Source: Myxococcota bacterium (GTDB lineage Bacteria > Myxococcota > JACRCW01). From it: DNA of 64,000 nt. Under the pieces are notes generated by a model. The model saw only the letters and a program-made list of their open reading frames with translations, had not been told where the DNA came from and searched no databases. Location: the NCBI GenBank assembly GCA_040752415.1, contig JBFMGU010000006.1, positions 25,006 through 89,005 on the forward strand, given 5' to 3'. Positions 49,171 to 58,090 of this stretch are shown piece by piece; the first letter of the stretch is position 1; each line of letters starts with the position of its first letter. A program made the translations under genes and the position numbers.

Positions 49171-50202
49171 ATGTTCCCCGCGCTCCTCCTCCTCCACGCG
49201 CTGCACGCCCCCGCTGCCATGGCGTCGGTGGAGATTGTCTGGCAGGGACCGGAGGATGAGTGGCCCCGGGTGGGACCGGCCACCGCGCTCCCCGACGAGG
49301 ACGTGTGGCTCAGCGCGCTGGTGCGCTTCGCCGACGGGACCTGCGCGGTGCGCACCGGTGCCTACGTCGACGCCACCGGGGTCACGCGGCTGTGCGACAC
49401 CGGCCTGGAGCGCCTCTCCGACCTGCGCGCGACCTGGCTGAAGCTGGAGCCGGCGGAGTCCCGGATGGCGCGCAGCCCGCGCGGCCTGGGACCGCCCCTG
49501 CCCTTCCGCGCCACCGCGTTCGCCACGCTGCACGCCGACCGCCCGCTGCTCGCCGACGCACGCCCCGCGCTCGCGCCCGACGACGAGGGCGCGGAGGTGG
49601 GCGCCATGCGCTACGTGGTCCGCATCTCCGACGAGCGGGCCGGGGGAGAGAGCTGGGAGAGCCCGGGCCTGACGGAAGCGCGGGAGGCCTTCCTGCTCAA
49701 GGTGCGCGCCGACGACGACTACGTGGGCGTGCTGGAGGAGCTGCGCCACGTGACGCACGCGGACAGCCCGCGCGGCGTACCGGTCACCCAGCATGAGACG
49801 GAGCTGGCGCTGGCGGTGGACGGCATGACGCTGCCCGTCTATGGCGCGCGCCGCCTGGGCCTGGCGCTGCCCTACGTGGACCTGGATCTCCTCGGGGCGC
49901 ACCTGCAGCCCGTCCCGCTGGACCAGGTGCAGCGCGGCGACATCATCCAGCAGGGCCCCCGCGTGGGCGTGCTGGCCAGCGACGGAGGCGTGCGCGGAAC
50001 GCTGGACGCCGGCGACGAGCTGCTCACCGCCAGCAGCGGCCCGCTCCGACGGGAGCGCTACGCAAAAGACGCGGGAGAGACCCGGGCCTGGCGCATCAAG
50101 GACCTTCCCGCGCGCCTGCCGCCCCGTCCCACCCAGCGCGCGCCCACCCGCGGCCGCCCCGCCCGCCCCGACGCGGGCCCGCGCGGCGCTCCCCATCGGT
50201 GA
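49171..50202 (+). CDS. Hypothetical exported protein
   Basis: Signal-like N-terminus; coding-like codon use. Confidence 0.6.
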   Translation: MFPALLLLHALHAPAAMASVEIVWQGPEDEWPRVGPATALPDEDVWLSALVRFADGTCAVRTGAYVDATGVTRLCDTGLERLSDLRATWLKLEPAESRMARSPRGLGPPLPFRATAFATLHADRPLLADARPALAPDDEGAEVGAMRYVVRISDERAGGESWESPGLTEAREAFLLKVRADDDYVGVLEELRHVTHADSPRGVPVTQHETELALAVDGMTLPVYGARRLGLALPYVDLDLLGAHLQPVPLDQVQRGDIIQQGPRVGVLASDGGVRGTLDAGDELLTASSGPLRRERYAKDAGETRAWRIKDLPARLPPRPTQRAPTRGRPARPDAGPRGAPHR

Positions 50203-50269
50203 CAGCGGGGCCTTTTCGGATAGGCTCCTCCGGACCGCGCGCACCCAGGGCGCGGGGGAGGAGCGGTTC

Positions 50270-51721
50270 ATGTTGCGGGCTGGTGGTTGGCAGGTGGTGG
50301 CGCGGATGGCGTTGGTGGCGGGCGTGTTCGGCTCGGGGCTCGTCGTCAGCAAGGGATGCAGCGGCACCTGTGAGCTGGACCTGCAGTGTGGCCTGGAACA
50401 GCGCTGCGTGCCGGACCCCATCACCGGCGCCAAGTCGTGTCGTCCGCCCTGCACCTCCGACGGGGATTGCGGTCATGCCGGCGTGGTGTGCGCCGACGGC
50501 CTGTGCGACCTCGCCAAGCCCATCCTCGAGGTGGACACCCCCAGCGGTGACCTGCAGCTCGGCCAGGGCGTGGACGCCGTCTCCCTGGTGAGCGGCCGGG
50601 TCTCCTTCTGGGGCAAGAAGGCCAAGCTCAAGGTGGCGGTGCGCCAGCTGGGCAGCGCGAGCTGCTTTGACGGTGTGTGGGAGTTCTCGCGCACCGTGGA
50701 GTTCGAGAATCCCGCCGAGGGCGAGTTCGCCGATGGCCTGCCATTCCAGGTCGAGGACCTGCCGGTGCAGGCCGGCGTCAGCGCGCTGGTGTTCGAGCTC
50801 AACACCGTCCCGCCCGGCCTGGTCCCCGCCAAGCTGGAATACAGCGTCACCGCGCCGGCGTGCGTCGACTGCCCCACCGTGCGCATCACGCGACCCGCCA
50901 GCAACACGCTCCTGGACGGCGACAACCTGGTGGCCGAGGAGATCACCGGCACCGTGTCCGGGCTGCAGGCCAACTGCGCCACCTGGCGCGTGGTGGCGGA
51001 GACCGGGGAGTCCGCCGACGGCGTGTGGCCGCTCGACGGCACGCCGCCCAGCCTGACCTTCGGCCCGCAGCGCCTGCCGCTGTTCCCCGGGCTCAACCGG
51101 CTCGTCGTGGAAGCGGGGTTCGAGCCGCGCGTGGGCAGCTGTGAGATCACCATGCGCACGCCACAGGAGGCCGCGGTGGCGCTGCGCGTGATGCTGACCT
51201 GGGACAGCCAGGGAGACATGGACACGCACCTCATCCGGCCGGGCGGCTACTACGCCAGCGGCGACGACTGCTACTACGGCAACTGCCAGCGCACGCGGAT
51301 GCCGTGGGGCAACACGCGGGTCACGCTCGACGTCGACAACACCTACGGGTACGGGCCGGAGAACATCCGTCTCAGCGCGTTCGAGTCCGGGACCTACGGC
51401 GTGCTCATCGACGCGTTCAGCGGTCAGTCCACGGTGACCACGCGCGTCTACCTGGGCCGCACGCTGGTGGGCACGGTGGGCCCGTGCTTCATCCCCGCCG
51501 GCCAGGACCTGGCGGTGGGCGTGCTGAATGTCAGCTCCGCCAACGTGGGCGGCGACGCGTTCACGCCCATCAACCAGCTCCTCAGCAGCCGCCCCACCAC
51601 CGACCCGGGCCACTGGCTGGACCCCACCGAGCCCTACGGTCCCGGCGTGGTGGCCACCGCCTGCCCCGTGGCCCAACCCATCACCTGCGCCCCGCCTGCC
51701 ACCGACGGCGGCACGCCGTGA
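50270..51721 (+). CDS. Cys-rich lipoprotein with Ig-like regions and YfaP/DUF2135-like domain
   Basis: SKGC; LRV.LTWD...D.D.H..P.G...LDVD...GYGPENI; GGAGGAG RBS. Confidence 0.8.
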   Translation: MLRAGGWQVVARMALVAGVFGSGLVVSKGCSGTCELDLQCGLEQRCVPDPITGAKSCRPPCTSDGDCGHAGVVCADGLCDLAKPILEVDTPSGDLQLGQGVDAVSLVSGRVSFWGKKAKLKVAVRQLGSASCFDGVWEFSRTVEFENPAEGEFADGLPFQVEDLPVQAGVSALVFELNTVPPGLVPAKLEYSVTAPACVDCPTVRITRPASNTLLDGDNLVAEEITGTVSGLQANCATWRVVAETGESADGVWPLDGTPPSLTFGPQRLPLFPGLNRLVVEAGFEPRVGSCEITMRTPQEAAVALRVMLTWDSQGDMDTHLIRPGGYYASGDDCYYGNCQRTRMPWGNTRVTLDVDNTYGYGPENIRLSAFESGTYGVLIDAFSGQSTVTTRVYLGRTLVGTVGPCFIPAGQDLAVGVLNVSSANVGGDAFTPINQLLSSRPTTDPGHWLDPTEPYGPGVVATACPVAQPITCAPPATDGGTP

Positions 51722-52785
51722 CGCACTCCCCCGAGGAGGCGCGCGCACTGCATGACCAGGTCCCCGTGCTGGACCTGCACGCCGACACACCGCTCTTGAT
51801 GCGTCGGGGTTATGACTTCCTCTCCCGGCACCGGCCTTTTGTCCCCGGCGGCGCGCTGTTTGGGCACGTGGACCTGCCGCGCATGCGGGAGTCCGGGATG
51901 ACCGCGCAGATGTTCGGCCTGGTCACGCTGCCCTACCTGCAGCGCGGGCTCATGAAGGAGGCGGAGAAGCAGATTGCTTGCGTGGAGGAGGCGGTGGACC
52001 GCTCCGCGGGGGCGCTGCGCATGGTGGCCAACGCGGAGGAGCTGCGTGAGGCGCACGCGCGCGGACAGAAGGCGGTGCTGCTCTCCCTGGAGGGGATCCA
52101 GGCGGTGGACCGGCCGCAGGACCGGCCCGGCCACGTCGACGTGCTGGAGGCGCTCTCCACGCTGTGTCACCGCGGCGTGCGCAGCGTGGGCCTGGTGCAT
52201 TTCACCCGCAACAGCGCCGCCACGCCCGGCCTGGCCTCCGGCGACGCCACCACCAGCCTCACGCCGCTGGGCTTCCGCATCATCGAGGCGCTGGAGCAAT
52301 GGGGCTGCCTGGTGGACCTGGCGCACCTCAACCGTCGCGGCTTTTTGGATGCGGCGCGCCACATGAAGAGCCCGCCGATTGTCAGCCACACGGGCCTGTT
52401 GGCCTTCCGCGACCTCAAGCGCAACATCGACAACGAGCAGATCCGCGCGGTGGCCGACAAGGGCGGCGTGGTGGGCATCATGTACAGCCGCCAGTTCCTG
52501 GGCAGCGCGGACATGGAGCGCGTGGTGGAGGAGTTCAAGCACCTGCTGAACGTGGGTGGAGAGGACGCGCTGGCGCTGGGCAGCGACTTTGACGGCGCGG
52601 TCATTCCGCCCCGCGGTCTCGACGACATCTGCGCCCTGCCCCGCCTCACCGCCGCGCTGTGGAACGCGCTGGGAGAACGCGCCACGCGCAAGCTGCTGGG
52701 GGAGAACTTCCTGCGCGTGTTGCAGTCCACGCCGCTGCGGGTGGGTCGCTGGGCGGGCGCGCAGGCCTCCGCCGCCGCGCCGTGA
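51718..52785 (+). CDS. Membrane dipeptidase (peptidase M19)
   Basis: DLHAD, HVDLPRM, SLEG, VDLAH, VSHT, RN.D.EQ, GSDFDG; GTGA overlap with upstream stop. Confidence 0.92.
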   Translation: MTHSPEEARALHDQVPVLDLHADTPLLMRRGYDFLSRHRPFVPGGALFGHVDLPRMRESGMTAQMFGLVTLPYLQRGLMKEAEKQIACVEEAVDRSAGALRMVANAEELREAHARGQKAVLLSLEGIQAVDRPQDRPGHVDVLEALSTLCHRGVRSVGLVHFTRNSAATPGLASGDATTSLTPLGFRIIEALEQWGCLVDLAHLNRRGFLDAARHMKSPPIVSHTGLLAFRDLKRNIDNEQIRAVADKGGVVGIMYSRQFLGSADMERVVEEFKHLLNVGGEDALALGSDFDGAVIPPRGLDDICALPRLTAALWNALGERATRKLLGENFLRVLQSTPLRVGRWAGAQASAAAP

Positions 52786-52882
52786 CCTGTTGGGACCGTG
52801 CCAGGGGTGTCGTCACGCCGGCTGACCATGACCACGCAAGGCAGGGGCAACGCTGTCGTCCGCAGATGTGATTGGCCAGCCT

Positions 52883-53177
52883 AGGGGCTGCCCCAGAACA
52901 AATTGCCTATTGGGTCCGTGAAGGCCTCCAGCGGACCACAACCTGGAGTGCGGCGGCCTGTCGCCGCCCTGGCCAGCGCCGAGTGCGTTCTCAACGTGTG
53001 GAACGGTTCTCGACCTGGTTCTCGACGGGGTGTCGACGTCTCCGCGACCGGCGACCGCTGACGAGAGTGCCACTCGCTCGGCGCTGGCCAGGGCGGCGAC
53101 AGGCCGCCGCACTCCAGGTTGTGGTCCGCTGGAGGCCGTCACGGACCCCAAGGGAAACAAGCTCTGGCGCAGCCCCT
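52883..53177. repeat. Palindromic REPIN/MITE-like element, copy 2 (complete)
   Basis: About 100-bp arms AGGGGCTGC...GGAGTGCGGCGGCCTGTCGCCGCCCTGGCCAGCGCCGAG and its reverse complement ending GCAGCCCCT. Confidence 0.88.
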
Positions 53178-53453
53178 CCTTACAGTCAATGGAACGGGCA
53201 GTTAGACTGCATATGAACTTCCCCCTAACGCTTGACGCAGCTCGCGTTGCGTTTTGCCAGCTACTCGCAACTACGCGACACCGCGGGGTTCGCACCGCGC
53301 GAACGCACATCATGACGGACGCAATGCGCTGCACGCTCCCCTCCGCGTCCCATGAAGAACGCCACACCATGGCAGGACCGCTGCGACGCCAGCAAGGTCC
53401 GCGCCTCAGGAACACCACCCCACCCGAAGCGGCGGCCGGCCCCGTCCCGCGCC

Positions 53454-54368
53454 TCACGCTCCCAGGCTCCTCGTGCGCGCGCGCAGCAGCCTGGCGTAGT
53501 GCTTCTTCATCTCGGCGGGTAGGAACGAGCGCTCGACGAGATCAATTGCGGCACTCTCCGCCGCGTGGAAGTCCCGGACCACACGCTCTCGCGCGCGCTC
53601 CGTGATGGACGCGTATGCCGCCAGCTCTTTCCATGAGCGCGACGTCAGCTTGTCCTTCTTCCCCGCCACCGAAAGAGCGAGCGTGTCATCGGGGATCACC
53701 AGGCGAGTACAAAGCAGATCGTAGACGGGAGACAAGGCCTGCAGGGAGCCCGTGGCCAGCAGCGAGAAGTTCTTCAGGTGCATGTCGCCATTGCCGGTCC
53801 ACCAGACAAACATGAACAATCGGAACAGCTTGAAGCGCTCGATGCCAGGCTCGGACGCAAACCGCGCGACGAGGCGCATGCACAGCTCCGCCGAGCCCTC
53901 GTACTTGTCCTTCGGTGGCTTCCCGGCAAGCTGGCAGAAGTCCTCCTGGCGAAGCTTGGCGGCGTCGGACCGGTCAAAGCGCTTCACGAGGTACGCCAGG
54001 GAGCCGTCCTTCAACGTCACCAGCCCACACGCCGGCACGGTGAGACCGACGAGGCGCGCAAGGTTCATCGTCACATGTTCGTTCTCGGGCAGCGACGGAA
54101 AGGTCTGGGCCTGGGGCTTGAGGATGTAGCGCCCGCCCGCGACGGCGAGCTGGAGGGTGTTGCGGTCCGCGTCGAGGCGCAGCGAGATCTTCCGCTGAAT
54201 GCCGGACAGTGACGTGTGCCCCACCATGGCGAGTGCGAGCGTGTGCAGTTTCGCCAGCTCCACGTCGACAGCCGGAGCCACAGGTGTCCCGAACAGGGCC
54301 ACACTGCAGTGCGGATGGTACGGTCCGCCGTCGGCAACATCCCTCAGGCAGATGAGGCAGGAGCTCAC
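53454..54368 (-). CDS. HipA-family kinase toxin (HipT-like)
   Basis: SLSG.Q.K Gly loop; YILKP; NEH..M; RFDR; EDF.Q; GN.D.H.KNFS; LSPVYD; GTG overlaps upstream TGA. Confidence 0.93.
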   Translation of the reverse strand: MSSCLICLRDVADGGPYHPHCSVALFGTPVAPAVDVELAKLHTLALAMVGHTSLSGIQRKISLRLDADRNTLQLAVAGGRYILKPQAQTFPSLPENEHVTMNLARLVGLTVPACGLVTLKDGSLAYLVKRFDRSDAAKLRQEDFCQLAGKPPKDKYEGSAELCMRLVARFASEPGIERFKLFRLFMFVWWTGNGDMHLKNFSLLATGSLQALSPVYDLLCTRLVIPDDTLALSVAGKKDKLTSRSWKELAAYASITERARERVVRDFHAAESAAIDLVERSFLPAEMKKHYARLLRARTRSLGA

Positions 54369-54709
54369 GCGTCCTCCCCATCGGGGATGTCGGCGCCGCG
54401 GATGACTTCCACCGCGCCAATGCAGTCTGCGCAGGTTGCCAGCAGCAAGCCGAACGCGTCGTCCTTGGGGATTTTCAGCTTGGCTGTCGAGATCTCCAGC
54501 AGCCACCCCTCGGGAAGCAGGTTCTCGAAAAACGGATGGAGCCCCCGGGACACGTACGGCTCGGGCCGCAGGGGTAGTGTCAGGGAGACGGGTTCCGCCG
54601 CGGATTGGGAAAGCCACCCGGCGTCGTACGCAAACACCGTCCCGTCGTTCGTCTCGCGGATGGTGCCAACCCGTTTCCCGTCGAGCCGCACGATGCCCTG
54701 GCGCTTCAT
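54365..54709 (-). CDS. HipA N-terminal domain protein (Couple_hipA, HipS-like antitoxin)
   Basis: F.YD..W; VSLTLP; L.PFFENLLPEGW; F.LL....D.IGAV. Confidence 0.92.
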   Translation of the reverse strand: MKRQGIVRLDGKRVGTIRETNDGTVFAYDAGWLSQSAAEPVSLTLPLRPEPYVSRGLHPFFENLLPEGWLLEISTAKLKIPKDDAFGLLLATCADCIGAVEVIRGADIPDGEDA

Positions 54710-54978
54710 TCCAAGGGCCTTTCACGGTCCACGACGCCGAGCCGCTTCCCGAAGACCGCGAGGACGTGGTTGACGCGGTCCATGCGCAACGTTGGCTTGC
54801 CGTGTTCAAGCTCGAGGAGGAAGCGCACGCCAACACCCGCCAGGTCGGCGAGCTCCCGGAGCGACATCCCATGGGCCTCCCGCCGACTGCGCACAAAGGC
54901 GCCGATCCCGGTAGCCTGGCCCTCGACCGGAGCGAGCTTGTCGACGTGCGCGGAGGGGTCAGAGCGCGTGGGCTTCAT
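54706..54978 (-). CDS. HTH-XRE regulator (HipB/y4mF-like)
   Basis: FVR.RR...GMS..ELA.LAGVG.RF..ELE.GK.TLRMD.VN.VL. Confidence 0.92.
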   Translation of the reverse strand: MKPTRSDPSAHVDKLAPVEGQATGIGAFVRSRREAHGMSLRELADLAGVGVRFLLELEHGKPTLRMDRVNHVLAVFGKRLGVVDRERPLE

Positions 54979-54980
54979 GC

Positions 54981-55248
54981 TGTTTCCCGATCGGGAAACA
55001 CCGTAGCCGGAGACGGCGCGGGCGGCAAGACGCCGGACATGACCTTGTTTTCCTGAGCGGGAAACAGCACGGAGGACCTCTTCGGGGGAGCTCCCGGACC
55101 TCGAGCGGGGGCAATCGGTGCTCCGGGCGCCCGCCCGTGACCGAGGGCTTCCGTATCCCGATCGGGAAACACCATGGAGCGGGCCTTTGCGTCGAGAGGA
55201 GCCAAGGAGGTGGTTGCTCGGAGGTCACTGTACCCCGATCGGGAAACA
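54981..55248. promoter_or_regulatory. Four palindromic operators upstream of the hip operon
   Basis: TGTTTCCCGATCGGGAAACA (perfect, 54981-55000) with variants at 55047-55066, 55152-55171 and 55229-55248. Confidence 0.85.
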
Positions 55249-55323
55249 CGCCATGTCGCACCCGTGCGCCCCGACGAGCGATGAGCAGCGTCGTTGGGGA
55301 CAAGCACCGGTGACGTCAGGGGC

Positions 55324-58089
55324 TCACGCCGCCTTGGCGCGAAGCAGGATGAAGCGCTCCAGCCACTCCGGGCCCAGCGCAACCTCCCAGCTGCCCACGT
55401 GCTCCAGTCCGCTGACGTGGTCCACCACCAGCGGCGGATCCTGCTCGTAGCTGCGCACGTTCTCCGGCGCCGTGCCCTCCGCGGTTCGCACGGTCACCCG
55501 CCGCGGCTCTCCCGTCGTCGTGAAGACGTGGACGCCGCACTCGTGCACCAGCAGCGCCGGCACCTCGCCCTCCACCTGCAGCTCCACCTGCAACGCGTCT
55601 TCGCCCCGCCGCACCGTGGTGGCCCCGCCGTGACGCGCGACAAAGTCGACGTAGCGCTGCACCAGCCACTCCAGGTGCGCGACGCCGGCAGCATTCCCCG
55701 CACGCACCACCAGCCGCGCGCTGTGGGCCCGCGCGTGATCGCGCAACGACCGACGGAGCGCCTCCGCGTCCAGCGACAACACCGCAAGCACCGAAGCCGG
55801 CGCCACACCCACGCCGTCACCCCGCACCACGACGTGGATCTCCGCGGGAGGCCGCGCACCGGAAGCCGCCAGCAACCGCGCCACCGGCGCCACCACCCAC
55901 GTCTCGACGGCGCGCTTGAGCGGACGCGCCCCGTAGCGTGGATCAAAACCCAGCGAGGCCACCCGCTCCACCACGGCGTCGTCGTAGCGGACGCGCACGC
56001 CGCGACGGGTGACACCCTCCCGCTCCAACGCCTGCGCCATCACCTTGCGCGCAATGGCCTGCACCACCGACGCACCCAGCGCGTGGTACGGCACCACGTG
56101 GTCCATGCGGTTGAGCAGCTCCGGACGGAAGAACGCCGCAGCGGCGGAGAGATGGTGCGCGGCCAGGTCGGAGGATTCTGGGTTGGAGAAACCCATGCGT
56201 CGCCCCACCAGGTCCGCGCCCAGGTTGCTGGTCAGCATGATCACCGTGTTGCGGAAGCTCACCGTGTTGCCGGTTCCGTCGGTGAGACGGCCCTCACCCA
56301 GGATCTGCAGCAACAGGTCGTGCACGCCGGGGTCGGCCTTCTCCACCTCGTCAAACAGCACCACGCCAAAGGGCTGCTCCCGCACCCGACGGGCCAGCGC
56401 GCCCTCCACGCCGCCGTAGGTGCTCACCAGCCGCTGTGCGCTGCCCGGCGCCGCGTACTCCGCCATGTCAAACCGCGCGAGGCGTTTCTCGTCGCCAAAC
56501 AGGTACTCCGCGAGCGCCAGCGCGGATTCCGTCTTCCCCACGCCGGTGGGGCCGAGCAGGAGGAAGGAGCCCAGCGGACGTGACGGGTCGCTGAGGCCGG
56601 TCTTGAGCGTCACCACCAGGTCGCGCAGCAGCACCATGGCCGCGTCCTGCCCCACGACACGCGCGCGGAACCGGGCCAGCACCGCTTCGGGGTCCAGCGG
56701 CGCGCGCGGGTCCATGAGCTCACGCGGATAGCCGGTGCGCGCGCTCAACGCGGTGATGACGTCGGGGGCATCCACCACGCCGCCCTTGCGTCCCTCGTGG
56801 GTGGCCGCTTCGCGCAACAACTGGATGGCACCGCCCAGCACGTTCACCTGCCCAAAGCGCTCATTGAGCTCGGAGGCGCGCGTCAGCGCGTCCGACGTGA
56901 AGGTCACCTTGTGCAGACGGGTGAGTCGCTGCGCGGCCTGCTGCAACGCGGTCCACGCCGCCGCGGCGGTGAGCGGCGAGACGACGATGCGACGGAACGC
57001 GTGCACGAAAGCCGGATGGGTCCGCTCCGCGCGCGCCACGTCTTCCGGAGTGGCCTCACACACCATGGCCACGTCACCGGTCTCCACCGCCTGCGCGAAG
57101 AACTGCGCCAGGTCCATCCCCGACTCACCCGCGCGCATGGACATCAGCTCCGCCAGGCTCTCGACGTGGAGCACCGCCTTGCGACCGCGCAGCTCCTGCA
57201 CCATCTGCGTCGCGCGCTCCTGCCACTGTCCCAGGTAGCGCATGCCGGCGATGATGCGCGAGGCGCTCGTCGTGTAGACCTCCAGGCCCTTCAAGTCACT
57301 GCCCGGCGCGGCCGCCTCCGCCCGACGCACCAGCTCATGCACCAGCGCGGTCTTCCCCACGCCGGACGGCCCCACCAGCATGACGCTGGCCTTGCGCGTG
57401 GTGAGCGCCTGCATCAGGTGCCCCAGCACCAGGTCCATCTGGAACGCCTGCTGCAATCGGTCGCGCTCCACGTCGTCATTGAGGCGGTGGGCTGCAGCGC
57501 CGAGCGTGGGCGGAGGCGGCGTCCTCCGCGCGGGCTTCTTGCGTTGGGTCTTCCGTTTCTCCTCGCGCTCCGCGCGCTGCGTGTACGGCACGGACATCAC
57601 GTCCACCGTCTCCTCCCCGTCGTAGGCCACGTCCAACAGGCGCCGCAGCGGTGCCAGGTGCAGCTGGTGCCGGATGACCTCCTCGGCGAACGGCATGAGG
57701 TCTTCCGGTTGCTTCAACGTGGTCACCACGCCCAGGCGGGGAATGCGCAGCGTGAGCACGTCGTCGACGGGATCCTCGTCGTCGTCCTCGTCGGGCAGCT
57801 CGGGGTGGGTGAGCAGGGTGAAGCGCATGGGCACTTCCAGCAGCCGGTTCTGCTGCATGGCACGCAACGTCAGGTCCAACCGACGCAGCTTCATGCCCTG
57901 CCAATGCGTGCGCGTGTGCAGGAGGCGCAGCTTGTCCTCACCCAGGAAACGCATCAACGCCACGGAGAGGTCCGCGCGTGCCGCTTCTTCCGTCGCGGCG
58001 AACGCGGTGAGCTCCGGGCGGCCCAGCACCGAGACCGAGCAGCCGCCCCCGGTGTGCTTGCGGATGAAGAGGTGGAATTGCTTCTCCAT
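55324..58089 (-). CDS. ClpA/B-like double AAA+ ATPase, paralog B, with C-terminal RF2-like domain
   Basis: GPSGVGKT and GPTGVGKT; FDEVEKA; TSNLG; FRPELLNR.D; YGARPLKR; start MEKQF with GGAGG, 1 bp after upstream stop. Confidence 0.9.
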   Translation of the reverse strand: MEKQFHLFIRKHTGGGCSVSVLGRPELTAFAATEEAARADLSVALMRFLGEDKLRLLHTRTHWQGMKLRRLDLTLRAMQQNRLLEVPMRFTLLTHPELPDEDDDEDPVDDVLTLRIPRLGVVTTLKQPEDLMPFAEEVIRHQLHLAPLRRLLDVAYDGEETVDVMSVPYTQRAEREEKRKTQRKKPARRTPPPPTLGAAAHRLNDDVERDRLQQAFQMDLVLGHLMQALTTRKASVMLVGPSGVGKTALVHELVRRAEAAAPGSDLKGLEVYTTSASRIIAGMRYLGQWQERATQMVQELRGRKAVLHVESLAELMSMRAGESGMDLAQFFAQAVETGDVAMVCEATPEDVARAERTHPAFVHAFRRIVVSPLTAAAAWTALQQAAQRLTRLHKVTFTSDALTRASELNERFGQVNVLGGAIQLLREAATHEGRKGGVVDAPDVITALSARTGYPRELMDPRAPLDPEAVLARFRARVVGQDAAMVLLRDLVVTLKTGLSDPSRPLGSFLLLGPTGVGKTESALALAEYLFGDEKRLARFDMAEYAAPGSAQRLVSTYGGVEGALARRVREQPFGVVLFDEVEKADPGVHDLLLQILGEGRLTDGTGNTVSFRNTVIMLTSNLGADLVGRRMGFSNPESSDLAAHHLSAAAAFFRPELLNRMDHVVPYHALGASVVQAIARKVMAQALEREGVTRRGVRVRYDDAVVERVASLGFDPRYGARPLKRAVETWVVAPVARLLAASGARPPAEIHVVVRGDGVGVAPASVLAVLSLDAEALRRSLRDHARAHSARLVVRAGNAAGVAHLEWLVQRYVDFVARHGGATTVRRGEDALQVELQVEGEVPALLVHECGVHVFTTTGEPRRVTVRTAEGTAPENVRSYEQDPPLVVDHVSGLEHVGSWEVALGPEWLERFILLRAKAA

Positions 58090-58090
58090 C

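Noticed and set aside
53185..53250. attC-like half sites (GGAACGGGCAGTTAGAC and CCTAACGCTTGA) near the TA operon; also GTTAGGC at about 5427
   Set aside because: The halves are in the wrong order for one site, no complementary partner boxes could be found, and there is no integrase in the window. IntegronFinder would settle it.
54981..55248. Repeats ending in GAAAC could be a CRISPR array
   Set aside because: Only 20 bp, fully palindromic, irregular gaps (46, 85, 57 bp), no cas genes, and located right upstream of an HTH gene; operators fit better.
55324..55725. Calling the RF-like domain a functional release factor or prfB pseudogene
   Set aside because: No GGQ or SPF motif, and it is fused in frame to the ATPase, so it cannot hydrolyse peptidyl-tRNA by the known mechanism.
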